Shown piece by piece: positions 11,213 through 25,369 of a stretch of 64,000 nt of DNA (within the stretch, counting starts at the first letter, position 1; each line of letters opens with the position of its first letter). A program made the position numbers and the translations under genes. The notes beneath the pieces are model-generated. The model was not told the DNA's origin, searched no databases, and saw only the letters and a program-made list of their open reading frames with translations. The stretch lies in the NCBI GenBank assembly GCA_965644295.1, contig CBFFRP010000124.1, positions 28,962 through 92,961 on the forward strand, written 5' to 3'. Source of the stretch: Paraphysomonas bandaiensis. Lineage: Eukaryota > Protista > Chrysophyceae.

Positions 11213-14200
11213 ATGAATTTAGCTAGATTTCAACTTGCTTTGAATCATGATGATCCGGATATTGTTGTTCGGGGTCTGTATGAGTTCCAGGAGCGGATTA
11301 TAAAAGAACATGATGCAGTTGCAAGTTTCGGTTACAATGGACGGAGTTTGGAGAGCAATCAGAGTGGACCCAATCATCCTGTTGCTACAACAGGGCTTCT
11401 TAAAGAGTACATAGCCTCATCTCCTCAGTTGGAAGAACTGTTTGTGTTGTTTCAGCTTCCTGGAAGACACGACAACACCACACTTGTTCAGACACACACA
11501 AGTTGTTTATCGGCTATTTTGTTTTGTGCTCAATCTGATGCAAAATGTTGTGACACAATCGTTGCACGTGTGCTCAGTGAGCAGTCGAAATGCATCCTCA
11601 ACCAGTTGTCGATGAGTAGTTCAGCTGTTGTGCACTCAACTCTGGGGTTGTTGCTAAATATGTGCCGTGCATCCGACCAAAATTGTCGCGATACATATAG
11701 TCGCCTCATAAACCACGCTACTGAATTCAATAGCCTACTTCAACGAGGCAAAGGAGTATCATATGAAGCAGTTGGAAAGAAAGTATACACTGATGCGAGA
11801 TACCTCATAATTCTTATTGTTTTCTGTCTCCTCAAATCATCTGATGTGCCAATGCAATCGGAACTACTAGCCCATCGTTCTTTGTATAGTCGAGTTATTA
11901 ATGGTATACATAAGGATCCAGACTACACTAAACTAGTTATTTGTTTATGTGTTTTGGATTTGCTTTCTTCTCCTTCCATTAGAGTGACTTTAAAAGCGGA
12001 CCTTGTCGATACGAATTTTTTAACTAAATTGCTTGAGTTTCAAGAAACCGACGAAGAGTCTGGGATTTCGAACGAACTCATTTCATCTGTTCTCTCTGCG
12101 TACTCCTCCGCTCTTAGTCAAGCCGTTGGAGGAACTCGAAAAGGAGGCAGTGGTGGTGGGGATGTGCATGGTCGTATCACCATGTTTATAAAGCAATTGA
12201 AGCCTCACGTTTATTTATTCCATCGCGAGGTAAGATAACACCCACTCAATTTACACTAACTCTGATACATGTATATGTGTTTTGGGTTTACTGTATGAGT
12301 ATTATTCATGTATGCGTGCGTTTATAGTACACTGAGTAACTGGGACTCTGCTGCAGTTGCTGGCCCCTATTCTCAACTCTCGCCCTGCTTTGCTTTCCCG
12401 ATGCTTCGCGGCTATTCCAACACAATGGGAGCACCCTAAATTAACCTTATCATATATCACTTCTCTGTCCTATGTATGTCATTTGTTGGATACTGTTGAT
12501 ATTGATCCAGCACTGCGTTCTGCTGCAAGAAACCTGACATCAAGTGCTAGCGACAGATTGGATTTGCGACACACAGATAAAATGGAGGGTCCTGTGAAAA
12601 CCTTCGTTACTTCCTTGTGTCGCTCTCTGTTGCCTTCAGGTAGTAAGGTTTTCATGACAATTTATTGCTTCTGAACATTTTCGTATATTTCATATTTAGG
12701 AATGACGAAGCGTGATCTTAGTCGAATTCTTCAGCATAAAAGCCCTCTGGTTCAGCGCATGGGGCTCATCCTTTTTCTGCGTGTGATTCAACGTATCGAA
12801 AAGTGTCTTCGTGAAATTTCTCACCACACTGCGGTATTCAACTCCATTCAAGGGCATTTGCTCAGCTCCATTGCTGGAATATTACCGGACATACAACTTG
12901 TGTTTTCTCTGCGAAACAGGTGTATCTGTGCTTCATACGATGTGTTGTGTATCTATTCAAATCACTAACTTCTGTAATGGTGCGTAGGTATATCAAAGTT
13001 TTCTTTGAAAATCAAGCATCCTCTATCTGTCAAGGGGGCGGTAAATTATCAACTTCCGTCAATGACGAAAATGGTGTTAGTACTTTAGATAGTGATGAAC
13101 ACCTCCAGGATCGCGGGGCGTACTTCTCCAAGTTGATTCTCATTATTCTAGAAAAAACGTTTAAAACTATTCCAATGTTGATTCCAACCCAATGCAATTA
13201 TGATATTACGAGGCTTTTAGATGATATAGTGACTTGGGATAGTGATAAATCATCCAGTGAATATTATACTTCAATTCAGGAAAAACTCTCTCCAGTTCAC
13301 AATCCCTCAACAGCACAGCACACAGCAGATATTGTCGTGGGTACTTTGCGTGTGCTGCATGCTGCAACATTGGGTCATCACTGTAAGTGGTTCGGTCCAC
13401 AAAGTGATAGTGTGAAGACTTTATCATCGGTAATAGTCTCACAGAAGTGGGATATCACAGTAAAGCGCACAGCATTGACCAAACTATTGTTGCTGTCTTG
13501 TCTTCCCAACGCCTATTCTGCTGCAGATATCGATGAGCACTCTAAATACTGTACTGTAGAACCAGTTGACGTCTCTCGTATTACGGAGGCAGCCAATCTG
13601 CTTCTGTCTCATGTACTTACCCAATCGGAACTGTTCCAGGGGCACGGAGTAACTGATGTTGAGATGGTTGCGGAGCGCAGTGCATGGCTCTCTGTGATAA
13701 AAAGGTGCATTGCGTCGACCACATCACCCACGTCTCAGTTACATTTTAATTTCATTTTCATATATGAAATGCTATTAAAAATATCTTTTCACTGGAATAT
13801 TGAACTTTGTTCGAAGGCATATAGGCTACTACTCGACTCAAGTGACGGCACGCAAGAAGTATACAGTCTGTATGCTCACAAGAAATGTGTTCCATTTTCA
13901 CCAGTATTGTTTTCAGCCATTTTATTATGCTGTGGAGATTTTGGCATATTCAGTACCCAGTTGCCAAACCATATTAATTCTCATCTTACAGCTCTGCACG
14001 CTGCAGATAACAAAGAGGCTATCTCATTCTTTGATAAATACTGCGTGCACTTTCGGCAGGAAGCAGAGTTTATGGTCTCCCAAGTGCTGCTTACTCTTTT
14101 GCCATGTACCCCTGTGTCTTCATCACTGCTGTATTCGGTCCACAGATGCACTCTTGCTACCGCTAAGTGCACTACCTTGGCCCCGCAGTCAGTCACTGAT

Positions 14201-17200
14201 ATGACCCTATCTGCATGCTCACTTGTGTGCTACTCTTCAACGGCAACAAAAGCAAAGGTTCCTTCGAAAGAGGTGAATACTTTGCGGGCCACCATGGAAT
14301 TTATTGATTTGGAAAATCTATCGTCGTTTCAGTCATCGTTGCAGAACACATTACACATGTCCGATGCTGTCGTCAGGGACGTGTGTTCAGCTTATGCCAC
14401 ACCATCTGTGATCGCCAGTGTTGTGCTGAATATTTTAAATTGGTTACCAATGCTGAATGCTGACAGCATTTCTTCACTTTCAACATCTGAACAACAGACT
14501 TGCCACTTTATCAGACAGTGGTGGATGCTGGTTGTTGAAGTTGCCCTCACGCACTGTAAAGATAATGTGTCGGAGATGTTTATTGAGTGGGTAATGAATG
14601 TGGTCCTTGGAGCGTGCGATATGTCACGGAAGTCATTTGATCACAAAGTATTCATGGTTTCATACTGCCTACAGCTGCTCAAAACTCTCAGTGACTTTTT
14701 AAGTTCCATGCCAGTATCACAGAACAAGACCAGAAAAAGGACGAGGTCATCATCTTTGACTGATTCATCAAAGCAAATCAAATTAAAAGAACTGTGTGAC
14801 CAGTTGTCTGTTGTAATTATAGACGTAATTAAGAGTACTGCCTGTGCTCCTATTATAGCGAGTGTGTTAAATACCTCACACATTCTTGATCACTTTTTGG
14901 AGGCAAATTATATTGGGATGTTGTATCGTAGAATTCTTTGTGCGGCCGTTCTGTGCCAATACAGACGCATACAGACGCAGTCAAAGAAGCGTAAACAACA
15001 AGCGGATGCAAAACAGTGTGAAGATGGAGGGAAATCTCTCTGGATTGCTATTAGCAACAAAGTCCGCGATGTTTCACTATCCTCAACAGGGAACGATGGA
15101 AGTGAATTGTTTTCGTTGTGCTGGACTCTACAAATGATTGTTGATGCTCCTGCTCTCAGAAGTATGTTCATGAACTATGCAATTGAGTGTGGGGATGCGG
15201 AGAATGGCTTTATGTTAACTTCATTCAATCAGAAGCAGTTATTGAAGACAAATGATCGTCAGATGCATTCTATTTTGTTTTCAGGAATGACAGCGGTACA
15301 GCGGTCTATAGTTCAGTCAGCAGGGCCACGTGCAATAGTACGTGCAATTGCAGGACTTGGGAACAAGGTTATGAGTGTTTCAGTGGATGATAGAGGTGAT
15401 TATATGCAGAATGCTCTACTAGGTACAGTAGTGGAAACGAATGGTAGGTATAGTAATGTGGAGAAAGGAGAACTCAAATGCCCATCATTTTATTGTGAAC
15501 CTTTGAGCTTATACGACCCGACAGAGAACATCTCATCCCTTGGGAGTTTATCACGAAATATGTCGGCGCTAATGTTTTTTTCATCACTGTCTCCTAGTGT
15601 CAAATGTACAACTGGCTCTGTATTGCGAAGCATTATATCTTCTGAATCAAATATGGATACTCAACCAACCTATGGTGTTCAGTTGGGTAGTGTAATGTGT
15701 AGTCACACGCTGTCAAGGGATAGTCTTTCGATTTCTGTAACTCAAAATTGGTCCGATGTTTGTAGTATTCCTACACTTAATGACTCAGTAGTTCAGTTAA
15801 AGTGGGATGAGTACAAAGCTACTTTATTGTCCCAATCGAGGAAACTGTCGGGGGTGGTGAGTGCATTTGACCGGCTATTGTTGTGTAACTTCGATATATT
15901 CAAGAATATTTTATTGAATGTTTTATCTACTGTTCAAAGATTTATCGACAACAACCAAGTTGAAATATTTGTGCACTACATAACTCCAGCTTTTTTACAA
16001 TCCGTGAATAGTATTGACTCACTGAACAATAATGAAGTTATTGCTCTGTGGGCGTCATTGTTCATTGACACGTTCACATTTATTGCAGATAAGTCGATAA
16101 GTATCTTGAAAAAGGTATCTAGTGAAGATGTTGGGGCACTTGCACTCAAGGAATGTTTAAAGACGCTTGAATTTCTGCTCTTGGTAAAGATACCCTTTGG
16201 ATTTAATGAATTCCCCGTGGACATTCTCCGTAGGGTTCATGACCAAGTGGCGGGTGTGTTGAATAAATGTTTAAAATTATGCATGAAATTTGGACTCGAT
16301 ATGGATTTTGTCGTTGAGTTCCTGGATTCACTGGCCCGACATTTTTCTGGATTTCGAGAAGGAAGTGTATTAGGGTCAATCCTATCTGAGAAAGCACGTA
16401 GCGATGGTGATCATCAAGGACTGACTGTGTTGAAGTGTCACATGATTTTGGAAATGATAGTCAGTCACTCAAAATTTGCGGAATTGCTAGGAGGATCGGA
16501 TTGTGGTTCCAGTATTAATACCCCTTTGCTGAAGTTTATTCTTTACTTGGTGGGTATTTCGACATGCGATACCCAAAATAGCGATTCCTGTGGAGTGTCT
16601 GTGGATTGCTTGGAGTTCCTCATGCAGTCTTGTTTACTCATATATCGTGGCACGGTATCTATTGAAGACCGTATGATAAAGCGTGTGTTGCACCTTGCTG
16701 AATCCGCTTGCAGTGAGAAAATGTCGCCAGACCATGCAAGAAAACCAATATTTTCCTACCCTCCGCGTTCACTTTTGGGGGCGTCCCGGGGCAGCAATGT
16801 TAACGAGGTGACTTGGGTTTTACAAGCACTGACCCCACCTGCTGTTTATGCCACATTGGCGAATTTCCCTTTGCAGCGATCGTATGTTCCTTTTCCGATA
16901 TATTTCGAGCATGAAGTTGTCACAGAGAACTACTCCAAGCACATGGACCAAATTCGAGATAGTGTATTGCGTAGTGAGGCACACAATGATACTAAAGTGG
17001 ACGATGATAATTCGGAACATGGCAGTGACAGTGATGTGGGCTCCGTTCACGACTCCAACTTATCCTCTTCGATCGATTGGCTGTATCAGTGTGATCACAA
17101 GCTATTAGATCCTGCTTACTGGCTACCATGTATCCATCACTGCCTTCACAACAGTGCTGACGTGTCCATGCGATCTTTTGCTAATTGCGGCGCACTTGCT

Positions 17201-19978
17201 TTGGTGGTTGCTTCGTTATCAAGTGATTGTGTCATAATTCGTACTTATGCGAAAGCTTGCTTACAGTTAGTTCTTGGTTTCTTGCAGAAACAAACTCCAG
17301 ATAAAGACAGCGCATTCAAGGAAAGACCGCAGTTACTACTTGTTGTTACATTTATTCGAAATGCGATGACCAGTAATGATGTAGACAGCCAGTTCCCCTT
17401 ACCCTTGACAAGTGGAATATTTCTTGCTCGTGCAACTTTGCATTTGCTGCAGCCACAACATACTCTCTTTGGATTTATCAATAAATATCTTTTATCACGC
17501 CCTTTCTGTGATACGAAAGATGTTCCACTTTATGATCTACTCATTGTAGACTCTGATATAAACGACGATGCACCTGGTCGATTGGCGGCATTACGATTGC
17601 TTCGTGATTGTATCGGTACTAAGGAAGACCATTTGAATATGTGTCGTAAAAATGCCTACAGCCGACTGATGGTTTATTTCATGCTGTCATCCAGTGACAT
17701 CAAAGTGAACCACGCAATTTTGGATATATTTGATAAGTCGCTGAGTTGCCCCCCAGCTGCGCGGTACTTACTTGAAAGATGTGCGTTTATTCCATGGTTG
17801 CAACAGCTGTCGTCTGTACTTAATAGCAATGACATTTCTCTGCTATCAAAGGAGGGGGTATCACGTAAATTAGTTTACGATACTTCGACCAATGAAAGCT
17901 ATCAACAAGATGCGGCGTCGAGTTTGCCTCCTCTAAAAGCTGCTCCTACTCGATTACTTGCGAGAACTCTCGCTCTAATGAGAAAAACAATAGGCGCCTT
18001 AACTTTGTTGGAAAGTGACGGCTTGGATATTGTGGCCTACCTACATAGGGCATTCACAAGTGTTTCCTGTATTGTGCAAGACATTGTTTCGCTCTCAAGG
18101 CATCGAAGTGAACTATGTGTAGAGTCTATACTGCCTTTTGATTTTTTCAAGCAGTTGACCTTATGTATATGGGATTTATGTGTTGCTATATCTGCTGCTG
18201 ACGCAGAAGATGTTCGTGCGATGGGTATGCAGTGGAGTGCGCGTGATGTGGTTACTCTCGCAATATCGTGCAGAAATATCTACCAACATAGTCAACATGA
18301 GGTTGAGAGTAAGGAAGTTATCATTTCTTTACTCGCTACTCTTGGCTTCCGTCGTTGTATTGCTATCGACTTGGAAAATGCCGAGGTTGGTGAATGCTTG
18401 GAATTACTGATGGGGTTGTCTTTGTCTCAATTTTTCCTTCCAAATATTACCCAGAAAGCTGCCACTGAATCGTCTAATTTATGTATGCTTCCCAACCTGT
18501 CAGCTTTGGCTCAAACAAAGAATCACACCGAGTCTGGAAACATGTACACAACATCTATTCATTTAGTGCATCAAGAGTTGCTACATATTAGGCCAGATGC
18601 ATCATGTGCAAAAGCCGCAACAACCCCCGGTTCAGGTGTAAGCGTGGATGAGTGTATCAGAAACATTATGCATACCAACTGGACCTTGTTTTCAGAAGAA
18701 CAGTTCCAAAATACACGATTGCCAATGTCGCTGGGTCATTTTTTTATGTTGGAAGTTTGCGTGAGAGCAATATCGTCAGTGCTATCCTGCCTTCCATCAT
18801 TCGACTCTGAAACAGCGTCATTAGGCGTTTCGCTATCACGGTGGGCTATTGTTATGAAAAAAGCTTTTGTTGATAGTTTTGTATTTGAAACCGATATACA
18901 GTTCAGCCAAAATTCAAACCGCATTGCAAGTCGCATTGTGAGCCTTTGTGATAATGGTGTGGTATCTGATTACTCAGATATGTCGCGGCTGCACTTGCTC
19001 TCTGCACAGTTGACTAATATTGCTACTGTGAGTCTAATAGAAAGTGGTATTCTCATAGCAGATACAGAACAGTCTCTTGGGTCTCATATTGAATCTGTTT
19101 TCAAAACCTCTCTCGCATGGTTGGTTTGTGGAAGACCCAATGCCTTAGTTGATGAAGTGAAAGCCCGTCTTCGGCTTACAGAGGTGTGGAAACTTGATCA
19201 GCTGCGACATAGTAGCGAAGAATTTATTCATATTTTTTGTGGTATGCTATCCACTGTGCTAACTGTACATGACCGTGATTCTTCTTCGAGAGGGTCATGG
19301 TTTAAAATGCTGTGTCAGACACCACTATCTGCTATGGTGGATGATCCGACGACTGACGACGATATTGTTGCTGCTCTGCTATTTCGCCGAAGTAATTCAC
19401 TGTTAAGTCAGGCCAAATGCTTCGTTGCCGACGATTTCAACCAAACATCCTTGGTTCGAGTGTATAACGATGACATTCCCAGTTTTTCTCAAATAGACAG
19501 TATGTGGAGCGGTGAACACTATGAAACTAAAAGTCGCCGCTTATTGGGATCTTATGTATATCATGAAAATGTAGATTTCAGTACAGTCTGTACATCGGGC
19601 CAGTGGAAATTTGATCCAAAGAGTTGCAGCGATAATTCCGGGGTCGAGCTGCTTCTGAAGATGATTAAGTCAGAAGGAGGCCTCTACACTTTGCGTGGAG
19701 AGAGCACTACGCAATCGAATGCGGCTACTAGTGTTGTTACGACTGAAAACGACATATCCACGAATCGTGATTGTGAAATCAGTGCCAATATGGCATGTAG
19801 CACTTCATCGCGCAAGCGACATTCTGAAATTGAAGAGGATGAAAAAGGTATAGTTTTAAAGCGTCGAAAGGTGCTACCGAGGTTTCATGACTTAAGATAT
19901 GTTGTGCACTTTAGTCGTCTGAAAGTGGGATCTAGAAAAAAACTAGATCTGCGAGAACGCAGATGCAAGGATAGATAG
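11213..19978 (+). CDS. URB1: Nucleolar pre-ribosomal-associated protein 1 (URB1/Npa1); about 4 exons
   Basis: Very large helical protein. N-terminal SPQLEELF Npa1-like region; C-terminal YRGTVSIEDR, LDPAYWLP, GALALVVASLSS, FKERPQLLL and INKYLLSRPFCDTKDVPLY (NopRA1-like). GT-AG introns after ~12229, ~12640 and ~12919. Confidence 0.85.
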
Positions 19979-20181
19979 AAATAGGCTGCAGTGACGCCAC
20001 CCTGCGTGCTTTAGATTGAGTGCTAGTTTGCTTATATTTTGTTATAAAGATAATGAATTATAGATGAAACTTTTATGGTCGCGCATTTTTACATAGCTCA
20101 GCTAGAGGGCAAATACATGATGGAAAAATATTTCAACGACACTAACACTAGTAAAATACAACGTCGATCGAATCACTCCTA

Positions 20182-20557
20182 GTAGTGAATGTCTGACATT
20201 AGCAATGGGCATGTAAGAGTCATGACTAATAGCAATAGCAAAACAATTTGACTAACTAGTGCTTTAACTCTGATACTCTACCATTTGGCTCTACGAAAGC
20301 TGATTGTGCGTCACCGCAGGCACCAAGGTGCAACCACTTTCGCTCTCTGTCCTCAAGGTAATTCGTCAAGGCCCAAAGACGTCTACACAAGTGACGCCTC
20401 TTACTTTAGTGTTCCTTGTACCACACAAGCATTAGGCTATGAGTGGGTAGAACATTATCTACTGACTATATATGCGGCTCACGTTAGTTTCCCGGAGAAA
20501 TATCTCCCGTACTTATTCCCCAGAACACCACGAAAAGGTGTGGGTTGAACTGAGGGT
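20182..20557 (-). mobile_element. SINE-like element B, copy 2
   Basis: Reverse-complement homolog of 6767-7180. 10-bp TSD ATCACTCCTA at 20172-20181 and 20558-20567. Confidence 0.85.
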
Positions 20558-20686
20558 ATCACTCCTACTAGTATAAGTTAGCTAGAAAATGATATATATT
20601 TCCTTCTAAAATAAAATTTATAATTCTTAATACTTAATAATACAAGTACTTTTCCGTACTAATGCTTCAGATGAGATGCGCTTGTA

Positions 20687-21283
20687 CAAAACACAGACAG
20701 AAACGGAAACGCCCAAGGGTGCTAAGATTACTAGGAATCCACAGACGAACCGAGACTGGAACACCGCCCACCGCACATATGAACCCTACCAACCATACAC
20801 AAAGGACCATAGCACCGGACCGTATGAAACCAACAGGCCCTAGACAACGGCGACGACGTCTCCGGCAACTCCACCTATGCCCAACGCCCAGATGGTGCAT
20901 GGCGACACCGCCACATTCCACCACACCATTAACCTTAGTACACACATCTAGTGCTCGGTACACTCAGGACCTTAATACAGAACCCTGTACCTCAGAGCCA
21001 GGCGGAACCTTATCCCAAGGGGAGACCCCCGGACAACACGCGCCAGTGAGTCCTCAGACACACGAGCAGCGCGAACTCACACACAACATTAAGAACGGAA
21101 GTAATTGCACCTTGGTGCTTGCGGCGACGCACAAGCAGCTTCTGTAGCGCTAAATAGTAGGATAATAGAATTTGTGCTGATTGGTTATGAGTAGAGGTCT
21201 AACTAGTAGATCTAGCATTCAACTAGCCACTATATCGGAACGAGTTTTTAACGCCTATATTGCTAAATAAAAAGACCTTTAAT
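20687..21283 (+). mobile_element. 5'-truncated LINE-like 3' fragment (type C), copy 1
   Basis: Matches the 3' ~600 bp of 44379-45317. 11-bp TSD ATGCGCTTGTA at 20676-20686 and 21284-21294. Confidence 0.85.
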
Positions 21284-23262
21284 ATGCGCTTGTATATCGT
21301 GTGGTATACTAATTTAGAATATTGAGTTATCATGCTAAACTAAAAGTTTGTAAATTGCGCCTGTTTAAAGGGTATATAAGTCATACTAATTCAAAAGTGT
21401 CTGATTCTTTGAGACCTTCTTGAAAACTGATTCTTTTTGAAGAAATCTTACACCGCCAGGACTGCTTGATGAAATTTGTTATCGGAACATATAAGGTCTG
21501 TCTCCCAAAGTGGGGGTGACTTTTTGTTGAACGACGAGGTTCTTATACGTTTCTCGTCTATGTCCAGGAGTTATTTCGTCGCCTTACTTCATCCTTTTTT
21601 GCTTGCTACCACTACATTGTGATCACTAGAAGTATCAGACAACACCGTTATATCTGTTTAGCACAAAGAGAATGCATTCTGAATTATCACGTGCCTGTGG
21701 AACTACGGCCCTCTATATATCAAGAAGCGTACAAGAATATACAGTTACATATATACCGAGAGGATGGTTGTGCACCCAAGATATATTTATCCCTCAAATA
21801 TCTCATGAATTGTCGCTCAAGCGACATAATTAACCCACGAGCTATACCACACATACCACGTTTTCATATATAACAGGCCTCTCTATATACGACTGTGCTG
21901 CAACTAGAGTGATCTGATATTTCCAGAAATCATATTGTTTTTAGAAAGTGAGAGGGAAAAAAAGTATTTGCATTAGCCGTTCCAGAAGTGAGAGGGAAAG
22001 AACAAAAAAGGTATAAGAGATCCTCATAAAATCCACTGATTCACTTGTAGCACGCAAGCACTCCCAAGTACTCAAGATTCCGGTACAGCCAAGAATTAAA
22101 TAGCTGAATACTGTTATTATTGAAGTTAAACGCCACGGCGTACACCTCATATTGCTGATATAGATGTAGTATGGTACATACATAATTAGTCAAAACCAGT
22201 AAGTTTTGACAGAGTTCTGTTTCTGTTGAAATTTTTTTCATCTTTCCTTAGCTAAAACATATATGTTCTAAGAAGCTTTGTATGAGTTCGTAGTTGATAT
22301 ATATCTTGAAATACTCTTGCAAACTGTGTTTAACTTTATTGCGATAAAAGTCCTAGCTCAGAAGAAGTTATGTCTTGGGTAAGCTTTTATATACTACATA
22401 TGCTAGTATAAACAGAGATTAGTAGAGGAGAGGTGCAGCGTGATCCATCGTCTGATTATCGAAAGAATCAACATTGGATTAACAAGCCCAGCAACTTTTA
22501 TATTTCAAGAGGTAAAGATAGTTCGACTACTTCAATGTGACCTGTAGTGCTCGCCAGTATATGGCTCGATAGCAGAATACATGCCATCTTTTAACATAGA
22601 CGCCATACATTGAAGCATGTTTGACCGCCATCCAAAAGCATATCACGCGTGGCCTTTCATATAGGCTAATTGCATTGCAAATGTGTGTTTCAAAAATCCC
22701 ACCGCTACTATGTCATCGGTTCTACACGACATAAATACTTTGTTAAAATCTTCTTCAAGTGTTAACTCAGTGTTAATGCCAAAGCAGAACACAGAGTAGT
22801 TGCTTTATCGAGTGAGAGTAGCACAACAAAGACAAGAACAGATTTTGATGTATCTAATAGTTTCAGTATTATTGTGTATGAAATCCACACGTTCCTTTTC
22901 TCGACTAAAAGCATACCAGCATGATGCTAACTCATTTATTGATGTCTGATATCTTTAATCCTGAACTATATGTATGATAAGAGTACCACAACGGTATTCT
23001 TCATTCTTCAAGTAACGGTCATAACTCAAATACCTTAGAAATACAGCTTTTAATTCTCACAAACAGCGAAACTCTACATATCGGCCGTAAAAGAATATAA
23101 GCGATTGACTCATAATTGTCATAAATGCGATAAATTATAATATGCTTCTCACTCACCCACAACACTTGTCGCAATGACAGCACCATTATCTGCTATAATT
23201 TTCAGTTATGGCAAGTTAACTGCCTTGCTATGTTCATCATAAAGAATATCATTGTCTAAACC

Positions 23263-24973
23263 ATTATTCTCTGCCCTACGATGGCAAATACAGTCCAACA
23301 TAAAGTTTCACCCTATTAACCAGCTCCAAGCCCAATGTCTCTATTGAGACCGTGGCTGAGTCACATCAGTGTGCCCAGGGCCATTTACACTCCCTTACTG
23401 CTGCATTTTGTTGACCACCACGCTTCCGACAAATTACCTGTCACACCATGTTGTACACGCTCCAAGCCCCCCTGCCTGGCCTTGCAACCTTCACCCTACT
23501 CAACTACTTCAGTTAAACAACGTGCCTGCACCAATGCAGCGCTGACCGCATGCATATGCTATCACCTAAGGAGACACCTTCGTCTCCTACACGGTTCTCT
23601 ACGGATACAACCACTTACAGCATGGCTCGTGCGAGCAGATCCACGCAAACGGCCCCCATGTACCTTCTCTGCAACCCCTGTCTCCTCTCGACACCTCTCC
23701 ACTGCACAACAGGGCCGTCTCCTGACGACAACCCAGCCCAACCCAACATGGTTTGTCTGTGGTCCATCCACCCAGCAGCCTACCCCCTCACCCTGTTCAC
23801 CTATCACCCCCACAGCCCATCCATCTCATTGGATAGACACTGTATTCCGCATACGGTATACTCGACTACTGTACTACTGTGTCCTACAGGATGTATACCA
23901 TTCCGTGTATACCTCTACTGCTGTTGGACACATCACCATGTCCATGTACCTGTCTACCTGTACTGCTGGACACATCACCATGTCCATGTACCTGTCTACC
24001 TGTACTGTTGGACACATCACCAGCTCTCTCTCTCTGTCCAACACACTCATAACACCACTGCAGTGTCATACACACACACAGTACACTCTACCTCCTCCTA
24101 GAAAACCCCCAGACAAACTATCTCCTCTCCCTTCGTCTCTGACACCTTGCCGTCATATTCCTTACACACACTCTCTATGCCTCAGTCTGTACCCCCCTGC
24201 ACCAACACAGACACTAACAAGGGCAGCTGAGGACGTCCGAGTGTCTCCTCCAGACCATCATCATCATCACGATCATCTCGTGCATAGGTCTATCAGAGTA
24301 CTCGACCTCAGTGACTCTTGTTCTGTTGCGCAGTCTCACTCTCCTCAATCAGATGTTGCCTCTCTTGCACCATCACACTCCCTCTCGACTCCCTGTAGCT
24401 GGACACACCGGATGACCCTCACATCCCACCCCTGTACAGCTATACACCCTCTTGCATGTGTTCTCTACCGCTGGCTAAGACAGCAAAAGAGCCGATTTCG
24501 ACGCTTCTTCACAGTAGGCCATAACCTTTTGCAAGACCTTCATCCACATACCTCCGAGCCACTTGGAACAATGCCTAAAGGAAGGCCACCAGATCGCCAA
24601 TCTCAGAAGGGCATATTACTGTTTCCCCTAACTGCCATAAGGCTAATAAGTCAGTCCCCGTGAGGTACAAAAGGCTATCTATCATATAGCGAGTGGAGTC
24701 TCATCCCAAGAGGAGACCTCCAGATCACACGCGCCGGTGAGTCCCAGGACACACGATCATGGCGAGCCTCATAACACACACTAAGAACGGAAGTGGTTGC
24801 ACCTTGGTGCTTGCGGCGACGCACAAGCAGCTTCTGTAGCGTTAAATAGTAGGATAAAAGAGTTTGTATTGATTAGTTACGGGTAGTAGTCTAACTAGTA
24901 TGACTAGCATTCTTCTAGCCACTAATTGGTGCAGGCTTTCAACGCCTATTGCTAAATAATCAGACATTCAATA
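23263..24973 (+). mobile_element. 1.7-kb non-autonomous non-LTR element A, copy 2
   Basis: Near-identical to 7835-9546. 10-bp TSD TGTCTAAACC at 23253-23262 and 24974-24983. Confidence 0.9.
23335..24663 (+). CDS. 442-aa ORF of element A, copy 2
   Basis: Same start, stop and length as 7907-9235. Confidence 0.5.
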   Translation: MSLLRPWLSHISVPRAIYTPLLLHFVDHHASDKLPVTPCCTRSKPPCLALQPSPYSTTSVKQRACTNAALTACICYHLRRHLRLLHGSLRIQPLTAWLVRADPRKRPPCTFSATPVSSRHLSTAQQGRLLTTTQPNPTWFVCGPSTQQPTPSPCSPITPTAHPSHWIDTVFRIRYTRLLYYCVLQDVYHSVYTSTAVGHITMSMYLSTCTAGHITMSMYLSTCTVGHITSSLSLSNTLITPLQCHTHTQYTLPPPRKPPDKLSPLPSSLTPCRHIPYTHSLCLSLYPPAPTQTLTRAAEDVRVSPPDHHHHHDHLVHRSIRVLDLSDSCSVAQSHSPQSDVASLAPSHSLSTPCSWTHRMTLTSHPCTAIHPLACVLYRWLRQQKSRFRRFFTVGHNLLQDLHPHTSEPLGTMPKGRPPDRQSQKGILLFPLTAIRLISQSP

Positions 24974-25369
24974 TGTCTAAACCGCATATTTTCGTTAGGA
25001 CAAAAAAGGTTGTAATTATATTTTCTATATCCTACATATTTTGCTCAATCGCGATTACAATATATATATGATTCCGTTTATATTTGCGTCCAAAGACAGC
25101 ACAATTTTGAACACAAGGTACACAATCTGGCTCATTGACTATCATAAAGCAATAGCCTACCTTTCTTCCAACATACATTCCGTTTTATTACAGTTATAAT
25201 ATTCACTTAACAACAAACTACCAATACCATGCTGCCTCTCATTATCATCAGCCAGCTCGACAACACCACGCAATAGCTGCTATTACGGAATCACCAGAAC
25301 TCATATTATGTCATCCCAGTACCGCGTAATATTATTTTATTCGCATCCTCTTACTCGGACTTCTTATTA

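Noticed and set aside
20182-21283. Single TIR transposon bounded by inverted copies of the shared module
   Set aside because: The two halves have their own separate TSDs (ATCACTCCTA and ATGCGCTTGTA), so they are independent back-to-back insertions.
21300-23250. Short ORFs in an AT-rich interval
   Set aside because: No recognisable motifs or consistent splice model; probably decayed sequence.
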